A DNA stretch of 63,234 nt, filler included, from Octopus bimaculoides (lineage: Eukaryota): assembly GCF_001194135.2 (NCBI RefSeq). It is 3 parts of 3 records of this genome, joined end to end, with 100 filler letters (N's around TTAATTAATTAA, not from the genome) between each part and the next. Parts side by side here need not be neighbours in the genome. Positions count along the whole stretch, not along the records: positions 1 to 27,845 come from NC_068982.1; positions 27,946 to 58,422 come from NC_069000.1; 1 more part is not named here. The stretch is one strand, 5' to 3'. This document shows positions 24,351-38,060 of this stretch, piece after piece. Every line of letters begins with the position of its first letter. The first letter of the stretch is position 1. The notes under the pieces were generated by a model. The model was not told where the DNA came from. It saw nothing but the letters and a program-made list of their open reading frames with translations, and searched no databases. The position numbers were made by a program, and so were the translations under genes.

Positions 24351-26430
24351 ATCAGTGCAACCGGTAACTGTAGTCGTGTTTTTAAAATTATGTTAATATA
24401 ATTCTATCAATTTCAAAATATTAAAGATATTTGTAGCCATGTGAAGATTGAGAGAGAAAAGGCTAATGGAGAAAACGGAGTCAGTAAAGGGGAATTTGAT
24501 GATGGAGTAAAGCTTTGAAAAGCAAGTTTCTTTTTGCCGTATATAGTAGTTAACTAAAACGTTTGGTTTGAGTAGATGTTGTGTTTCAAATTCCACTCTA
24601 ATCTAATTTGATTTTTCATAACAGAAAATAAATTTCAGAAATTTACCAACTTGCATTTATGATCGAGAGGAATAAAACAAACAACCTAATAGTTGAGGAA
24701 TAAATTTTAGCTTTGCTCTGAATCAGTCTATTCACGCGTGAAGATATTCGTGACCATTACAAACTAATGCTGAACGGACTGTAAGAACGATGGAGCCAAC
24801 TTTATCAGCGGGATCGAATTTCACAATAAGAGCACGAATAGACTCCTACGCGAAAGACGAAACAAAAAATAAAATAAAATAGGAGTTTAATATGGTAAAA
24901 CGAATAAATTCAGTATATTAATTCACAACTTTACTGTTTTGCACTCGAAATTAATCTGATTTCTTAGAGTAGTATAAATGGAATTATTTTAAATAAAAAA
25001 GAAGAAAATAGCTAAAGAATGGTATACTTCGTTATCATCTTTTCTTTTATTTTGGTGCTTTTCACCTTCAACCTGTCCTATCTCTATAACTATACATGAA
25101 TACAAATAGCATTATTATTTTGAACTGAACAGATACAAATATATTAATAAGATTTCAAATTCATGACAATAGTTACCAGTTGCACTGCTAATGTACAGAG
25201 GGTGAAGACGCGTATCCAAACTCAAGAGATTGAATAAACAATAGATTAAGAACGTCAGTAATTGTTTGTTTTGTAAATTCCATGAAAGAAAATCATGCGT
25301 ATAAAGCACAGAAAATTACTTAATTCTTCAAACAATTGAATAAAAATCTTCGAGTATGTCGTTTTGATAAGCGATGAGGAGAGTTAAAAAGATGAATCTA
25401 TATTACGACTATGAATTTAGTAGCTGCGTGTGTGCGTACTTGCATGCCAGCCTAAGTGCGTGCATGTACGTGTGTGTGTGTGTGTGTGTGTGTGATTACA
25501 TGAACAGGTCGTCAGTGACTAAACCAACACTATATTAAGTCAATCTAGGCAGAAGGGTTGCTCACAAACCAGCAAAATAAAATCAAGGATGAAGCAAGCA
25601 TAGACTTAGTGACACTCTAGCATTGGTGGAAATAGAAACATTTGAGAAAATAGAAAATGAACGTACCATTGAACTACTTTGGGAACGAGGAATCTCTAGT
25701 TCGAATCAGAACATATGATAATATATACTGTTGGTGCCAGGGTAAGTAAACAGTTAAGAGTTATATATTTAAATTGTAATAGAAGACAGAAGTGTGTCAC
25801 CATCAGTGTTGGTATCACTGATAACATAGCCAAACTCTTTCTGGTTGTTGATGAGATAAGCGGCACCGAACGCAAATGTCCATAACTGTAGTGATATACG
25901 CTCACTTTGTAAGTAGCATAAAATTTAAGGTTAAAACAGCCCCGTAAGTCCATAACCAGGAACTGAAGTGAAGGACTGGACTAAGAAAAACAGCAAATTT
26001 CATTATTCACGTGAGCATCAAGGAGTATTGAATGCCTCTTTCAAACATTCTATTAAAAAAACTGTCTGTACTAGACACAGAATTATGGCTTAGAACGACA
26101 AACAAGAAATGTTCAACTTTATTCGAATTGCGCGAAATCTGTAGTCACTAATAACCTCCTCTATTACGTCGGAAAACATAGACATAAACCGAGTGATAAC
26201 AGATCTATTAAGAGGAGGGAAATGTATTCGCCTGTGTCAACCCTACAAACTTGCAAAATCATCTAACTCTCAGGAGAGAGCAAACAGGACTGAATCAGGA
26301 TGTATATAGGAACGATGAAAATATTCGAAACAACGTTTAGCAGCGATGCGAATCTTGAACTGATTAGAAAAGAAAAATAATTATCTAGACATGATAGGCA
26401 CGAGATAAGACTACATTATGTTCCAAGGTG

Positions 26431-26812
26431 GTGTAGGCGCAATGGCCCAGAGGTTAGGGCAGCGGACTCGCGGTCATAGGATCGCGGTTTCGATTCCCAG
26501 ACCGGGCATTGTGAGTGTTTATTGAGCTAAAACACCTAAAGCTCTACGAGGCTCCGTCAGGTGATGGTGGCGAACCCTGCTGTACTCTTTCACCACAACT
26601 TTCTCTCACTCTTACTTCCTGTTTCTGTTGTGCCTGTAATTCAAAGGATCAACCTTGTCACACTGTGTCACGCTGAATATCCCCGAGAACTACGTTAACA
26701 GTACACGTGTTTGTGGAGTGCTCAGCCACTTACACGTTAATTTCACGAACAGGCTGTTCCGTTGATCGGATCAACTGGAACTCTAGAAGTCATAAGCGAT
26801 GGAGTGCCAACA
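26431..26812 (+). mobile_element. Full-length tRNA-derived SINE family C with 13-bp TSD
   Basis: A-box-like tggcccagaggttagg and B-box-like ggtttcgattccc; TSD atgttccaaggtg at 26418-26430 and 26813-26825. Confidence 0.92.
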
Positions 26813-27377
26813 ATGTTCCAAGGTGTAATGTTTGTCGACATTTCACCCAAGAATAACGTAGTTCACAGGTTTAGAAAAGGCGTAAAAAATAGGCAGATCC
26901 ATTAAATGACAATTTGATAGTCTAAACGGAATCGAGAAAACTACATACAAAACCCAATCTATACGGAACTGAAAAAGCCACATGTACCAATGGCAAATGC
27001 AAACTTTGTGAAGCAAGTGTACCAGAAAATTGCATAACTACGGTGTAAATACATTGCATGAGTAACAAGGGAAGAAACTGAGGGGTACTGCTGCAATTTA
27101 TATGGCGGGAACGACCAACTATGAGGGTAGGTGGGACAAAAACATCGATGTAACGAAATGAGAGAAAAATTTATAGTTTACCAACAAGCCATGGTCAAAT
27201 ACACCGTAAACACAGAAATTCGTTCTATACTTCCTTGCGATCTAATGTGCAGACAGATCACCGTAGCTGTACAGATAATACACAAAAAAACTAACGCAGA
27301 CACCACCTTCGTCAGCGAGACTGAGTGAGTGTAAAAGCGTGTGGATATGTATATGTGCGTGCGTTTGTGTGTACTTT

Positions 27378-27712
27378 CTCTCTTTTACTTGTTTCAAGTC
27401 GAACAAATTAACTCCAGGACTTATTTTTTAAAGCCTAGCACTTATTCCCTCAAGCCCTTTACCGAACCGTTAAGTTACGGGGACATAAACATGCCATCAC
27501 TGGTTGTCAAGCGGTGGTGGTAAGGGACAAATGCAGGTACAAACACGGGCGCGCGCACACACATGCACACACAGAGGTATATACATATTTTCATACGACA
27601 GTTTCCGTCCACCGAATCCACTCGCGAGAGCTTTGGTCGGCCCGAAGCCATAGTAGAAGACACTTGCACAATGTGTCACGCAGTGAGACTGAACCCGGAA
27701 CCATGTGGTTAA
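27378..27712 (-). mobile_element. SINE family A, near full length
   Basis: ttttacttgtttca..accgaaccgttaagttacggggacataaac..cagtttccgtc..gacacttgc..gaacccggaaccatgtggtt. Confidence 0.85.
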
Positions 27713-27790
27713 AAACGAAAACAACCTCAACCTTCTCAACAGCAAAATGGAAAGTGCAATAAAAACAGTAAACATTAAGAAAAGCAACAA

Positions 27791-27845
<55 letters not shown>

Positions 27846-27945
27846 NNNNNNNNNNNNNNNNNNNNNNNNNNNNNNNNNNNNNNNNNNNNTTAATTAATTA
27901 ANNNNNNNNNNNNNNNNNNNNNNNNNNNNNNNNNNNNNNNNNNNN
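27846..27945. other. Artificial scaffold-join spacer (44N + TTAATTAATTAA + 44N)
   Basis: Exactly 100 bp; the 12-mer has stop codons in all six frames; identical layout at 58423-58522. Confidence 0.9.
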
Positions 27946-28136
27946 ATATATAAATATATATATACATATATATATATACGTATATACATGTGTATATATA
28001 TGCGCGCGCTCACACATACACTCGTGTGCAGTGTCTTTTCTTTAAAGGCATATCAATTCTGGAGAATTGTTGATTCTTTGAGATTATCTCCCCTTCCCAC
28101 TTAGTATTGTTTGCTTTACCGCTTAATGCACTTATA

Positions 28137-28137
<1 letters not shown>

Positions 28138-28186
<49 letters not shown>

Positions 28187-28345
28187 CTTCCTATCTTTCT
28201 TTCCCTCTCTCTACCCTCTGTCTCTCTCTATCCTTTCTCTCTCGCTCCCTATCTCTACGCTCTCTCCCTCTTTCTATCGCTCTCTATCCCTCTCTCCCTC
28301 TTTCTATCCTTTTCTCCCCCTCTCTTTCCATCTCTCTCAGAAAAG
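28138..28345. repeat. (CT)n polypyrimidine low-complexity tract
   Basis: Perfect then degenerate CT repeats. Confidence 0.9.
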
Positions 28346-29182
28346 GTAATTTCAAAAGATCAAAAATATATTTAGTATGACACTTACAATACAGATTTTT
28401 GCCTTTTATATCTAAACTCATGCCACTGGCCACAGTGAGCTATTTCTCTGATCTGTCAGCGCGTGTATATATATATATATATATATATATNNNNNNNNNN
28501 NNNNNNNNNNNNNNNNNNNNNNNNNNNNNNNNNNNNNNNNNNNNNNNNNNNNNNNNNNNNNNNNNNNNNNNNNNNNNNNNNNNNNNNNNNNNNNNNNNNN
28601 NNNNNNNNNNNNNNNNNNNNNNNNNNNNNNNNNNNNNNNNNNNNNNNNNNNNNNNNNNNNNNNNNNNNNNNNNNNNNNNNNNNNNNNNNNNNNNNNNNNN
28701 NNNNNNNNNNNNNNNNNNNNNNNNNNNNNNNNNNNNNNNNNNNNNNNNNNNNNNNNNNNNNNNNNNNNNNNNNNNNNNNNNNNNNNNNNNNNNNNNNNNN
28801 NNNNNNNNNNNNNNNNNNNNNNNNNNNNNNNNNNNNNNNNNNNNNNNNNNNNNNNNNNNNNNNNNNNNNNNNNNNNNNNNNNNNNNNNNNNNNNNNNNNN
28901 NNNNNNNNNNNNNNNNNNNNNNNNNNNNNNNNNNNNNNNNNNNNNNNNNNNNNNNNNNNNNNGCTGTGCACCTCCCACCTATGGCTGCAGTCTAATGACT
29001 GAAAGAAATAAAAGTTATTTGTAGACAAATAAAAAAAAATAAAAGTTAGGTGTGGACGCCTCTGACGAGAAACCAATGACGTCTGAAAGTTGATTTAGGC
29101 TATTCATCATTTTTTAAGTCTGCGGAGAAATGGCTAAAATTTGCCCTTTTTATAATTATACTATTTGTTAAATATATATATG

Positions 29183-29217
<35 letters not shown>

Positions 29218-32200
29218 GGTGCCATAGAAAATTAAATTGAACTGCATATATTCAGAACTCCATGAGTATTCCTATATGTCCAAAGGTAAGCTGTGAGGTA
29301 AATTCGTCTTATAGGCCGAATTTCAGCAGGTTAGACTACAGCGTGATATGTAATAGATTACGTATAAAAAGCGAAACGAGGTAAGTTTTTTCATAAAATA
29401 ACCGCATTATAGCGCGTACGTTTCATTAACAAAGAAAAATACCTGTTATGTAAGAGGAAAATGTTAAGCGGATTGCATTGTCAAATCATCAGAGATTGTT
29501 TGACTCGCATTGATAACTTTTAGGATTCACAGTATTGTAATATTAACTACCATGCCAATAGTGTTGAATTAGCTTTTATACTTACTAGGGAGAGACAAAT
29601 GTCTTATCGAAGGAGATAAAAAAAAGTATTTGTATTGCCATTGTGTCTCTGAATAGAGACGATATGTATCTAAAGCTATCAAGTTTCAGAGATTCTAGCA
29701 TGATATCCATATGATTTATTAATTTTGTAGGCTGTTAGTTTGCTAATTACCATGCTTCATCACAGACGTAGGTTTGTATATATATATATATATATATATA
29801 NNNNNNNNNNNNNNNNNNNNNNNNNNNNNNNNNNNNNNNNNNNNNNNNNNNNNNNNNNNNNNNNNNNNNNNNNNNNNNNNNNNNNNNNNNNNNNNNNNNN
29901 NNNNNNNNNNNNNNNNNNNNNNNNNNNNNNNNNNNNNNNNNNNNNNNNNNNNNNNNNNNNNNNNNNNNNNNNNNNNNNNNNNNNNNNNNNNNNNNNNNNN
30001 NNNNNNNNNNNNNNNNNNNNNNNNNNNNNNNNNNNNNNNNNNNNNNNNNNNNNNNNNNNNNNNNNNNNNNNNNNNNNNNNNNNNNNNNNNNNNNNNNNNN
30101 NNNNNNNNNNNNNNNNNNNNNNNNNNNNNNNNNNNNNNNNNNNNNNNNNNNNNNNNNNNNNNNNNNNNNNNNNNNNNNNNNNNNNNNNNNNNNNNNNNNN
30201 NNNNNNNNNNNNNNNNNNNNNNNNNNNNNNNNNNNNNNNNNNNNNNNNNNNNNNNNNNNNNNNNNNNNNNNNNNNNNNNNNNNNNNNNNNNNNNNNNNNN
30301 NNNNNNNNNNNNNNNNNNNNNNNNNNNNNNNNNNNNNNNNNNNNNNNNNNNNNNNNNNNNNNNNNNNNNNNNNNNNNNNNNNNNNNNNNNNNNNNNNNNN
30401 NNNNNNNNNNNNNNNNNNNNNNNNNNNNNNNNNNNNNNNNNNNNNNNNNNNNNNNNNNNNNNNNNNNNNNNNNNNNNNNNNNNNNNNNNNNNNNNNNNNN
30501 NNNNNNNNNNNNNNNNNNGTATGTATGTATGTATGTATGTATGTATGTATGTATGTATGTATGTACGTATGTATGTGTATAGTTTCTTCATGTCCGAAGA
30601 TTATGAGGAAGACCAGCAAGCCATCAAGCGATTCATGACGTTACAGGCCTTTCATTCGCACTTGAGAGTTAGTCTGCATAATCCAGTTCTACTCTTCATA
30701 TGTCTAACCACAGTAGCTCAGTAGGCCAGGACACTTGAGGTGACCAGCAAGCTGTAGGTTTTATACTGGAGTAGCTTTCAAAGTGAATTGCCTTACAATG
30801 TTGGCAAGATCCAGCTACCCTAGAATTGCTAGAAGGGTGTTAAATAGGACATCAGGCCACTAGACGAACACCACTTGCTGCCGTGATTGGCTCCCCTAGT
30901 CTTATCTTTCTCAAGACACTCTCAAGGCAGTAAGGGCTTGTATTTGAAGCTTATTCGATAACATACTTTTTAATCCACAGTTGAGACTCTGACAGGAGCT
31001 ACTTACCTTGGGTCAGAGTTGACCTAGGAACAATAGTGACTAAAAGGTGGTTTGAACTCCCAAACCAAGATCCCACTACTGGATATATATATACCTACAT
31101 ACATAAAACATACATCTATACACCCATATATACACACATGTAGGTGTACATGCTTTTAAAATGTCACTGTACTAAAATTTTCTATTTAGGTGACAAAAAT
31201 ATTCTTGTTGCGTGTTAGCAATCTGGCAGAAATTTTATTGAACTTAAAATATCAGAAAAGTTTATATCTATGAGAAGTTGCTCTCATTTCTCCGATTTAA
31301 ACAATTTGTCAATAGCTAAAAGGTTTTTAAGCGCTCCCATTGTGCAAATCCTGCTCTCTCTATTTTTTTCATTTCCTGTGCATCCGGGGCAGTGGCTACA
31401 ATGCTCCATTGTATAGTTCAAAATTAGTAGCCTCAGATCTAAAATTCAATATATATTCTGTTAGTAAGATTGACTTGCATAATTTTTTGCTATTGTATGC
31501 TTATACATATTACAGTCGTATTTAAAGGGATTAGACGTAGAACCTATATAGTGTCTATTGTCTGACTTATGACGTTATATTTGTATATTGCATTACTTTC
31601 AAGGAGACAATGAGTAGCCGCTCTACAGTTATAGGTAGGGGAGGTATTCGCTAAGAATTTTAGTGGTTCCAGTAAGCTTGTATTTTCTTGTAGTTAATTA
31701 AGACATTTTATTCCTTAATGTTCATGATTTTAATTCTTCTGCTATGTTCACTATTAAAGGGCTGACAGTATTATCTTTATGACTAAATTTGTGTCTATTG
31801 GAAATATGAAATCTTCCGATATGGATAGAAATTATGTTAGCTTTCTTAATTTGGAAATTTTTGAACAATTAGCGTTTATTTCAACGACATGTTTGTTTTT
31901 AGAATAGTCTTATATCCAAAGTTATAACTAGCTATTTCCATATTATAACTTCTCCATTGAATCTTTAAGGAGTCACGTTCACTATTCAGACAGGAATTTT
32001 GAATGTTCTGTCTCCTAACTTGGGAGTATTGGGATTTCTATCGACATTAAGATTTCTGGTGTTACGCAGATTACAGAGGAGAAGACAGAGACAGACAGAC
32101 TGACAGAGTGAGCACATGTGTGTGTGTACGTGCGTGCGTGCGTGCGTGTGTGTGTGTGTGTGTGTGTTTCGTTTAGCACAAGTGTTGTGTCTGGAATATT

Positions 32201-32587
32201 TGTTGATTTTTGCGCTATTAGAGTAGCCAATGTCATATGCCAGCTTAGTTGTTGGTGAGAATGGGAATTTTACTATATATCAATCGAAAATGTTCTGCTA
32301 TTTATGGTCTGGAAGAAAGTTAGCAAAAGTACATCCTTACATCTGTTTCAAAATTTCAACGAATAGTTATTATAATGCTTATTATGCAAACAAATATACA
32401 TAATGAGGCAATATTACACATAGCAAAATGTAAAAATATTTTCAACGCATACACACACACACACACACACGCACTCACACACGCGCGNNNNNNNNNNNNN
32501 NNNNNNNNNNNNNNNNNNNNNNNNNNNNNNNNNNNNNNNNNNNNNNNNNNNNNNNNNNNNNNNNNNNNNNNNNNNNNNNNNNNNNNN

Positions 32588-32624
<37 letters not shown>

Positions 32625-32939
32625 TATATATATTTTACATGACTGAAACATGTAAAAGTGTGAAAGTGTAAAAGATGTATATACATATATATGTTTGTAT
32701 GTATGCATGTATGTGTGTAAGTACGTATGTATAACGAAATAGAACAAATGTGTAGCATTTTGAGTATTATTATACATGTTTCTATTCGGGTACATTATGT
32801 AGCTCAGCATGTTACAATATGTAACGTCATTGTAACATCACACAATTTCGTGTTTTCGCAGCGCGCATTTCTTCAGGTAATACACATTAGGATACTTTGT
32901 AAAAGATATTCAATACACAAACACATGTATACATCTTTT

Positions 32940-33150
32940 ATTTTTTACCTGTTTCAGTCATTAGACTGCGGCCATGCTGGGACACCACCTTTAAGAATTT
33001 TTAGTCGAATGAATCGACCTAATACTTATTTTTTAAGCCTGGTAGTTATTCTAGCGGCGTCTTTTGCTGAACCGCTAATTTACGGGGATGTAAACACACC
33101 AACACCGGCTGTCAAGTGGTGATGGGGACGGACACGAAGACTCACACTCA
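32940..33150 (-). mobile_element. SINE family A, 3' half
   Basis: tgtttcagtcattagactgcggccatgctgg..gctgaaccgctaatttacggggatgtaaacacacc. Confidence 0.85.
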
Positions 33151-33188
33151 TATATATATANNNNNNNNNNNNNNNNNNNNNNNNNACT

Positions 33189-34127
33189 ATGGAACACAGC
33201 AGTAAACAACTCCCTTTTCTAGACATCCTCATTAAAATAGTCAATAACCACATAGAAACAGACATCTTCTATAAGCCTACAGATTCTAAACAATACCTAT
33301 TATTTAACTCATGCCACCCCAAACACATAAAAATTAATATACCCTATAATCTAGCGAAAAGAATCTGTACCATAGTTTCGAACCCCGATACTCGTGAACG
33401 AAGACTCCTTGAACTCAGATCAATACTACTCAAAAGACATTACTCAATATCTTTAATAAATAATGGAATCGACCGAGCTAAGGAAATAGACATACAAACA
33501 TTAAGGGAAGTCAACCGAAATACTAAACCAGACTTAAAAATACTCCCATACATCTCCACACATAACCCTAGAAACAACGAAGCCTTTAACGTTATCATCC
33601 AAAGTCTTCCCATCCTCACAAGAGATAAAACAATGAACAAAATTTTAGACTCACACAAAATAATCAAAAGTAAAATGCAACCTAAATCACTGAAAAAAAT
33701 ATTAACCAGCGCAAGACTGTATCCATTAACAATAGAACCAAAAGTAAAAAAATGTGGTCGACCTAACTGTGGGACTTGCCCTTACCTTTTGGAGGGTTCT
33801 GAATTCCACTTTAAACAAGGTGAAATCTTTAAGATTAAATCAAATTTCACCTGTGCCTCGGAAAATCTATTCTATGCCAGCACATGCTTAGGGTGTAATA
33901 ATAAATATATTGGCCAAACAGGAATTTCACTCCGTAGAAGGACTACTCTCCACAAAGAACAACTCCGCCACCCACATTACAGACAGATACAGGTCAGTGG
34001 ACACATAGAAATGTGTGCAAGGAATCTTAATCCTAATTTCCTAATTGTTCCCTTCTATCAATGTTCACAGAACAAATCAACACAACAAAGAATGAATAAA
34101 GAGGCAATAAATATCTTCCTCAACTAA
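33189..34127 (+). CDS. Penelope-like element polyprotein C-terminal half (RT C-terminal region + GIY-YIG endonuclease), 312 aa uninterrupted, truncated at the gap
   Basis: LPFLDILI..ETDIFYKPTDSKQYLLFNSCHP; KKCGRPNCGTC; NLFY..C..C..KYIGQTG..LRRR..H..Q..SGHIEMC; FLIVPFYQC. Probable late frameshift. Transposon-derived, not a host gene. Confidence 0.9.
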   Translation: MEHSSKQLPFLDILIKIVNNHIETDIFYKPTDSKQYLLFNSCHPKHIKINIPYNLAKRICTIVSNPDTRERRLLELRSILLKRHYSISLINNGIDRAKEIDIQTLREVNRNTKPDLKILPYISTHNPRNNEAFNVIIQSLPILTRDKTMNKILDSHKIIKSKMQPKSLKKILTSARLYPLTIEPKVKKCGRPNCGTCPYLLEGSEFHFKQGEIFKIKSNFTCASENLFYASTCLGCNNKYIGQTGISLRRRTTLHKEQLRHPHYRQIQVSGHIEMCARNLNPNFLIVPFYQCSQNKSTQQRMNKEAINIFLN

Positions 34128-34519
34128 ATATAAACACATAACATAATATAGAACACCACTAATCTTCCATTTAATATCACTAACCCCCATACATCCCATA
34201 CAGCATTCACACTACAAATCCAGATCTACCCTAATTGCACCAAATCCAGAACTACTTACCTCCCTTACACATAATCTTTTTTGGAGAAAACTGTGATGGA
34301 GTTGACAAACAATACGGGCAGAAGATGAGAAATAATACTTCGAGTCTTTTGATGTGTTGTTTGTCCTCCAATGCAGTTTTTTTTTTTTTAAATCCGGGAT
34401 AACATTTTCTGAAATATTACAACTTACTTCTACTATGTTCCCTAAAGCCCTGTTCCGACCAAAACTTTGTCTGTGGATGTGGTTGACGCAAACTCTGTGG
34501 AAGACCCCGTCACAACCTG

Positions 34520-34692
34520 ACAAACAGAGTTGGTTTGTTTACATCCCCGTTACTTAGTGGTTCGCCCTAAGAGGTCTACAGAATAAGTACCAGGCTTACA
34601 AAAATAATTCATGAGGTAGACTCGTTCGGCTTAAACCCCTTCAATTCGGTGCTCCAGCGAGACTGCAATCTAATGACTGAAACAAGTAAGAT
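34520..34692 (+). mobile_element. SINE family A, 3' half
   Basis: gtttacatccccgttacttagtggttcg..ggtgctccagc..aatgactgaaacaagtaag. Confidence 0.8.
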
Positions 34693-34828
34693 ATGATTAC
34701 TTGTTATAGTTCAGTGTAAATTCATGATTAATATACAACAATACTGTACTTTGCATTGAATGGAGAAGAGAATCATTTAAAGAATATGATATAAGTGTAT
34801 CGAGGCTAATATTCTTAGCAGTTATAGT

Positions 34829-35035
34829 AAGGCGGCGAGCTGGTAGAATCGTTAGCATGCCGTGCAAAATGCTTAGCGGTATTTCGACCGCCTTTTCGTT
34901 CTGAGTTCAAATTCCATTGAGGTCAACTTTGTCTTTCTATCCTTTCGGGGTCGATAAAATAAGTACCAAGTGAACACTGGAGTCGCTGTAATCGATTTAA
35001 CCTTTCCCTAAAAAAGAATTGATGGCTTTATGCCA
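34829..35035 (+). mobile_element. SINE family B
   Basis: aaggcggcgagctggtagaatcgttagc..ctgagttcaaattcc..ctttcggggtcgataaaataagtacc. Confidence 0.88.
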
Positions 35036-35749
35036 ATATGCATAGCAGTTATGAATGTTTGCAGATGAACATGTGCAGATGAACATGTGCAGATAAATAA
35101 GTTGAATGTGTCTTGTGAGAAATATATCAACGTGTATATTTTCTGGCGCAAATTATACAATACTTCACGACACAACATCATATAATCTCATATGTTACTC
35201 TATTTAATCACCAATGAAAATGTGAGGGAGAGAAGAAGCTCACCTAATAAAGAATTGAAAGGGTGAGAAGATAAGAGAAGAGGCATAAATTCCCAAGCAG
35301 GTGTTCGCAGTACCAACAATTGTTTATAAATATGATTTCCTACATTAATTTAAATATCCTCTGCGCCAGGTGGTGCCTTCTGCGAATTTATGCGGAATAT
35401 CTCACTCCATCACTTCGCTATTGTCAGATATTTAAAACAAAATGGCGCGAGATTTCAGCTTCATCGTGGCTGACAAAATTTCAATCGTGAACATTCGATT
35501 ACTGCTCTCATACTCTGTCTTTGTCAAGAGCTTTTAATTAAACTAACATTTTACAGTGATAATCTATATGTTTACAAATATTGAACGCACGGGCGCGCGC
35601 GCACACACACATCGTGCATGTTTATATTTAATAAGGTGTGCATATTATATACATATACGTGTATGTGTGTGTGTATACATACATATATATATATTATATA
35701 CGTGCGATATATACATATATATATTTATATATAATATTCTTTTATTCTT

Positions 35750-36135
35750 TTACTCTTTTACTTGCTTCAGTCATTTGACTGCGGCCATACTGGAGCACCG
35801 CATTTAGTCGAGCAAATCGACACCAGGACAAAGTCCTGGTTTGTAAGCCTGTACTTATTCTATTGGTCACTTTTGCCGAACTGCTACGTTAAACACACCA
35901 CCATCGGTTGTCAAGCGATGTGATGGTGGTGGTGGGGACAAACAGAGACACACAAATACATTCATATGTACATATATATTTTGACGGGCTTCTTTCAGTT
36001 TCCGTTTGTTAAATCCACTCACAAAGCTTTGGTCGGCCTGAGACTATAGTAAAAGACACTTGCCCAAGGTATCACGCAGTGGGACTGAACCCAGAAGTAT
36101 GTGGTTGGGAAGCAAGCTTCTTATCATACACCCAC
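35750..36135 (-). mobile_element. SINE family A, full length
   Basis: Both halves present; short CA/TA linker at about 35940-35980. Confidence 0.9.
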
Positions 36136-36212
36136 TAGTTCGTCTATATATATNNNNNNNNNNNNNNNNNNNNNNNNNNNNNNNNNNNNNNNNNNNNNNN
36201 NNNNNNNNNNNN

Positions 36213-36269
<57 letters not shown>

Positions 36270-36636
36270 ATATAAGGATAAAATCACGTTAATGATTTTT
36301 ATCAGGTAGTCAGCGTGCTATAAAAAAAATTATAGGTAATTTATATATTAAATTAATAATTATATACATATGTATATAATTATATTAAGGGACCAAGGGC
36401 GACAAAGACCTATCTCTAACATGCTTGAAATGTGGAGGTACTCAAATACTACCAAAAACTCCAAATTTCATGTATTTTAACATGGTCATCGTTTAGAGAA
36501 TATTGATGGCTCTTCGAAACATAATGAACGCATCAGTAGTTACCTCAAATAGTTCTCAATCGGGGTCTACATGACCCTTGGGGGTCCATATAATATTTTG
36601 TCGTTATGTGTAATAAGTTGGTTATACTGTTACAGT

Positions 36637-36895
36637 GTGGAGGCGCAATGGCCCAGTGGTTAGGGCAGCGGACTCGTGATCATAGGATCGTGGTTTCGAT
36701 TCCAAGACCGGGCGTTGTGAGTGTTTATTGAGCGAAAACACCTAAAAGCTCCACGAGGCTCTGGCAGGGGATGGTGGTGAACCCTGCTGTACTCTTTCAC
36801 CACAACTTTCTCTCACTCTTACTTCCTGTTTCTGCTGTGTTTGTAATTCAAAGAGCGAACCTTGTCACACTGTGTCACGCTGAATATCCCCGAGA
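36637..36895 (+). mobile_element. SINE family C, 3'-truncated
   Basis: Matches 26431-26690. Confidence 0.9.
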
Positions 36896-37435
36896 TACCA
36901 TTTACATATCTACAGTATAGTATTAAAGCTATAGAGTTTTCATTTAGGGATTGCTTAAATACTTTTGTTTCTTTGTCATGAAAAGGCTGGCCACATCCCC
37001 AGCTACACAGACACCGATGGATGCTCCTTGAACCTGCCTACATAATTTCGCATTGAACTTGACTTTGTAGTAGTGCTTACTGTCTGCTCTATGGTTTTAA
37101 AGATTTCACTCTATATTCTTCACAGGAAGTATCTCATGCAGACAGAATTGATGAAAAGCTCAAGAACTCTTGATTTAAAGCTTCAGAAAATAGGGTATTT
37201 TAAAAAGAGGTTGTATACATTTGGGCTGATTATATTTTGTTTTAATATAGAATAGATTCACTGCTTGTTCATCAATTTAATTCACTTAATGAGATAACGT
37301 TCAAAGAGATTTTGAACGGATTAATTTATGTTAGTAAATTTAAATTATTTAAAATCAATCAAAAGAATGCAATAATAAAATTTTGTCAACCCAGAGTTTT
37401 GTTCAACAGATTTTACTGATCCTGAGAAAACGTGA

Positions 37436-37514
37436 GTTACATAGGTCCATCCAAGTTACATAGGTCCATCCAAGTTACATAGGTCCATCCAAGTTACATA
37501 GGCCCATCCAAGTT
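37436..37514 (+). repeat. 19-bp minisatellite x4
   Basis: gttacataggtccatccaa in 4 copies, the last with one substitution. Confidence 0.95.
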
Positions 37515-37849
37515 TTTCTTTCCCAAAAGAAACGGTATCGTATTGTACTCGGTGAGATATCTTGGCTTAATATGACGATACCACCTCATGACTAAAACCT
37601 CTGCTACCAGTGAAAAGCGGTAATCTCCTTTCTTAGGCAACATTTGTGATGATGGGATTACACTGCATACACCGGAACGTCAGCAAAGTTTATTTGATAA
37701 TGATTGGAAAATGTCTAGTCTCAACAAATTAGTTGCAAGAGAATAGCTTTAGTTGAAGACTTTATGGACACTATCGAAACTCAAGGGAATATTATTAACC
37801 GTAAAAAAGTGATTAAAAGAAAAACAACATAAGAAATCTTCAGATTTGA

Positions 37850-38060
37850 ATAATCCTTGGAGAAAGATTTGATGGGCATACGCTAATGTTTGCCGATGAC
37901 AAGAATCACCGAATATAAATTTAAGCGAGAAAGTGTCTGCATATTATTGCTATATTAATTGATATTATCATATTATTGCTATATCAAAAGACATTATCAT
38001 ATTAGATTTTCCCAAGATAGTTTAATCTAAACCGCCAGTATCTTGCAAAATTGCAAAACA
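37850..38060 (+). mobile_element. Possible CR1/L2-like RT remnant
   Basis: ctaatgtttgccgatgacaag = LMFADDK; surrounding sequence heavily decayed. Confidence 0.35.

Noticed and set aside
26431-26510. SINE heads as tRNA genes (also 59243, 20281, 5070-5132)
   Set aside because: A/B boxes are present but no complete cloverleaf; they continue into SINE bodies, some with TSDs.
29062-29085. CTGACGA-GAAAC..GTC as a minimal hammerhead
   Set aside because: No stem II and no complementary stem I arms.
36540-36600. hAT-MITE-like terminus (tagttctcaatcggggtc)
   Set aside because: Could not identify a matching second TIR or 8-bp TSD.
37436-37514. Possible CRISPR-like array
   Set aside because: Units are contiguous with no unique spacers and the context is eukaryotic; it is a minisatellite.
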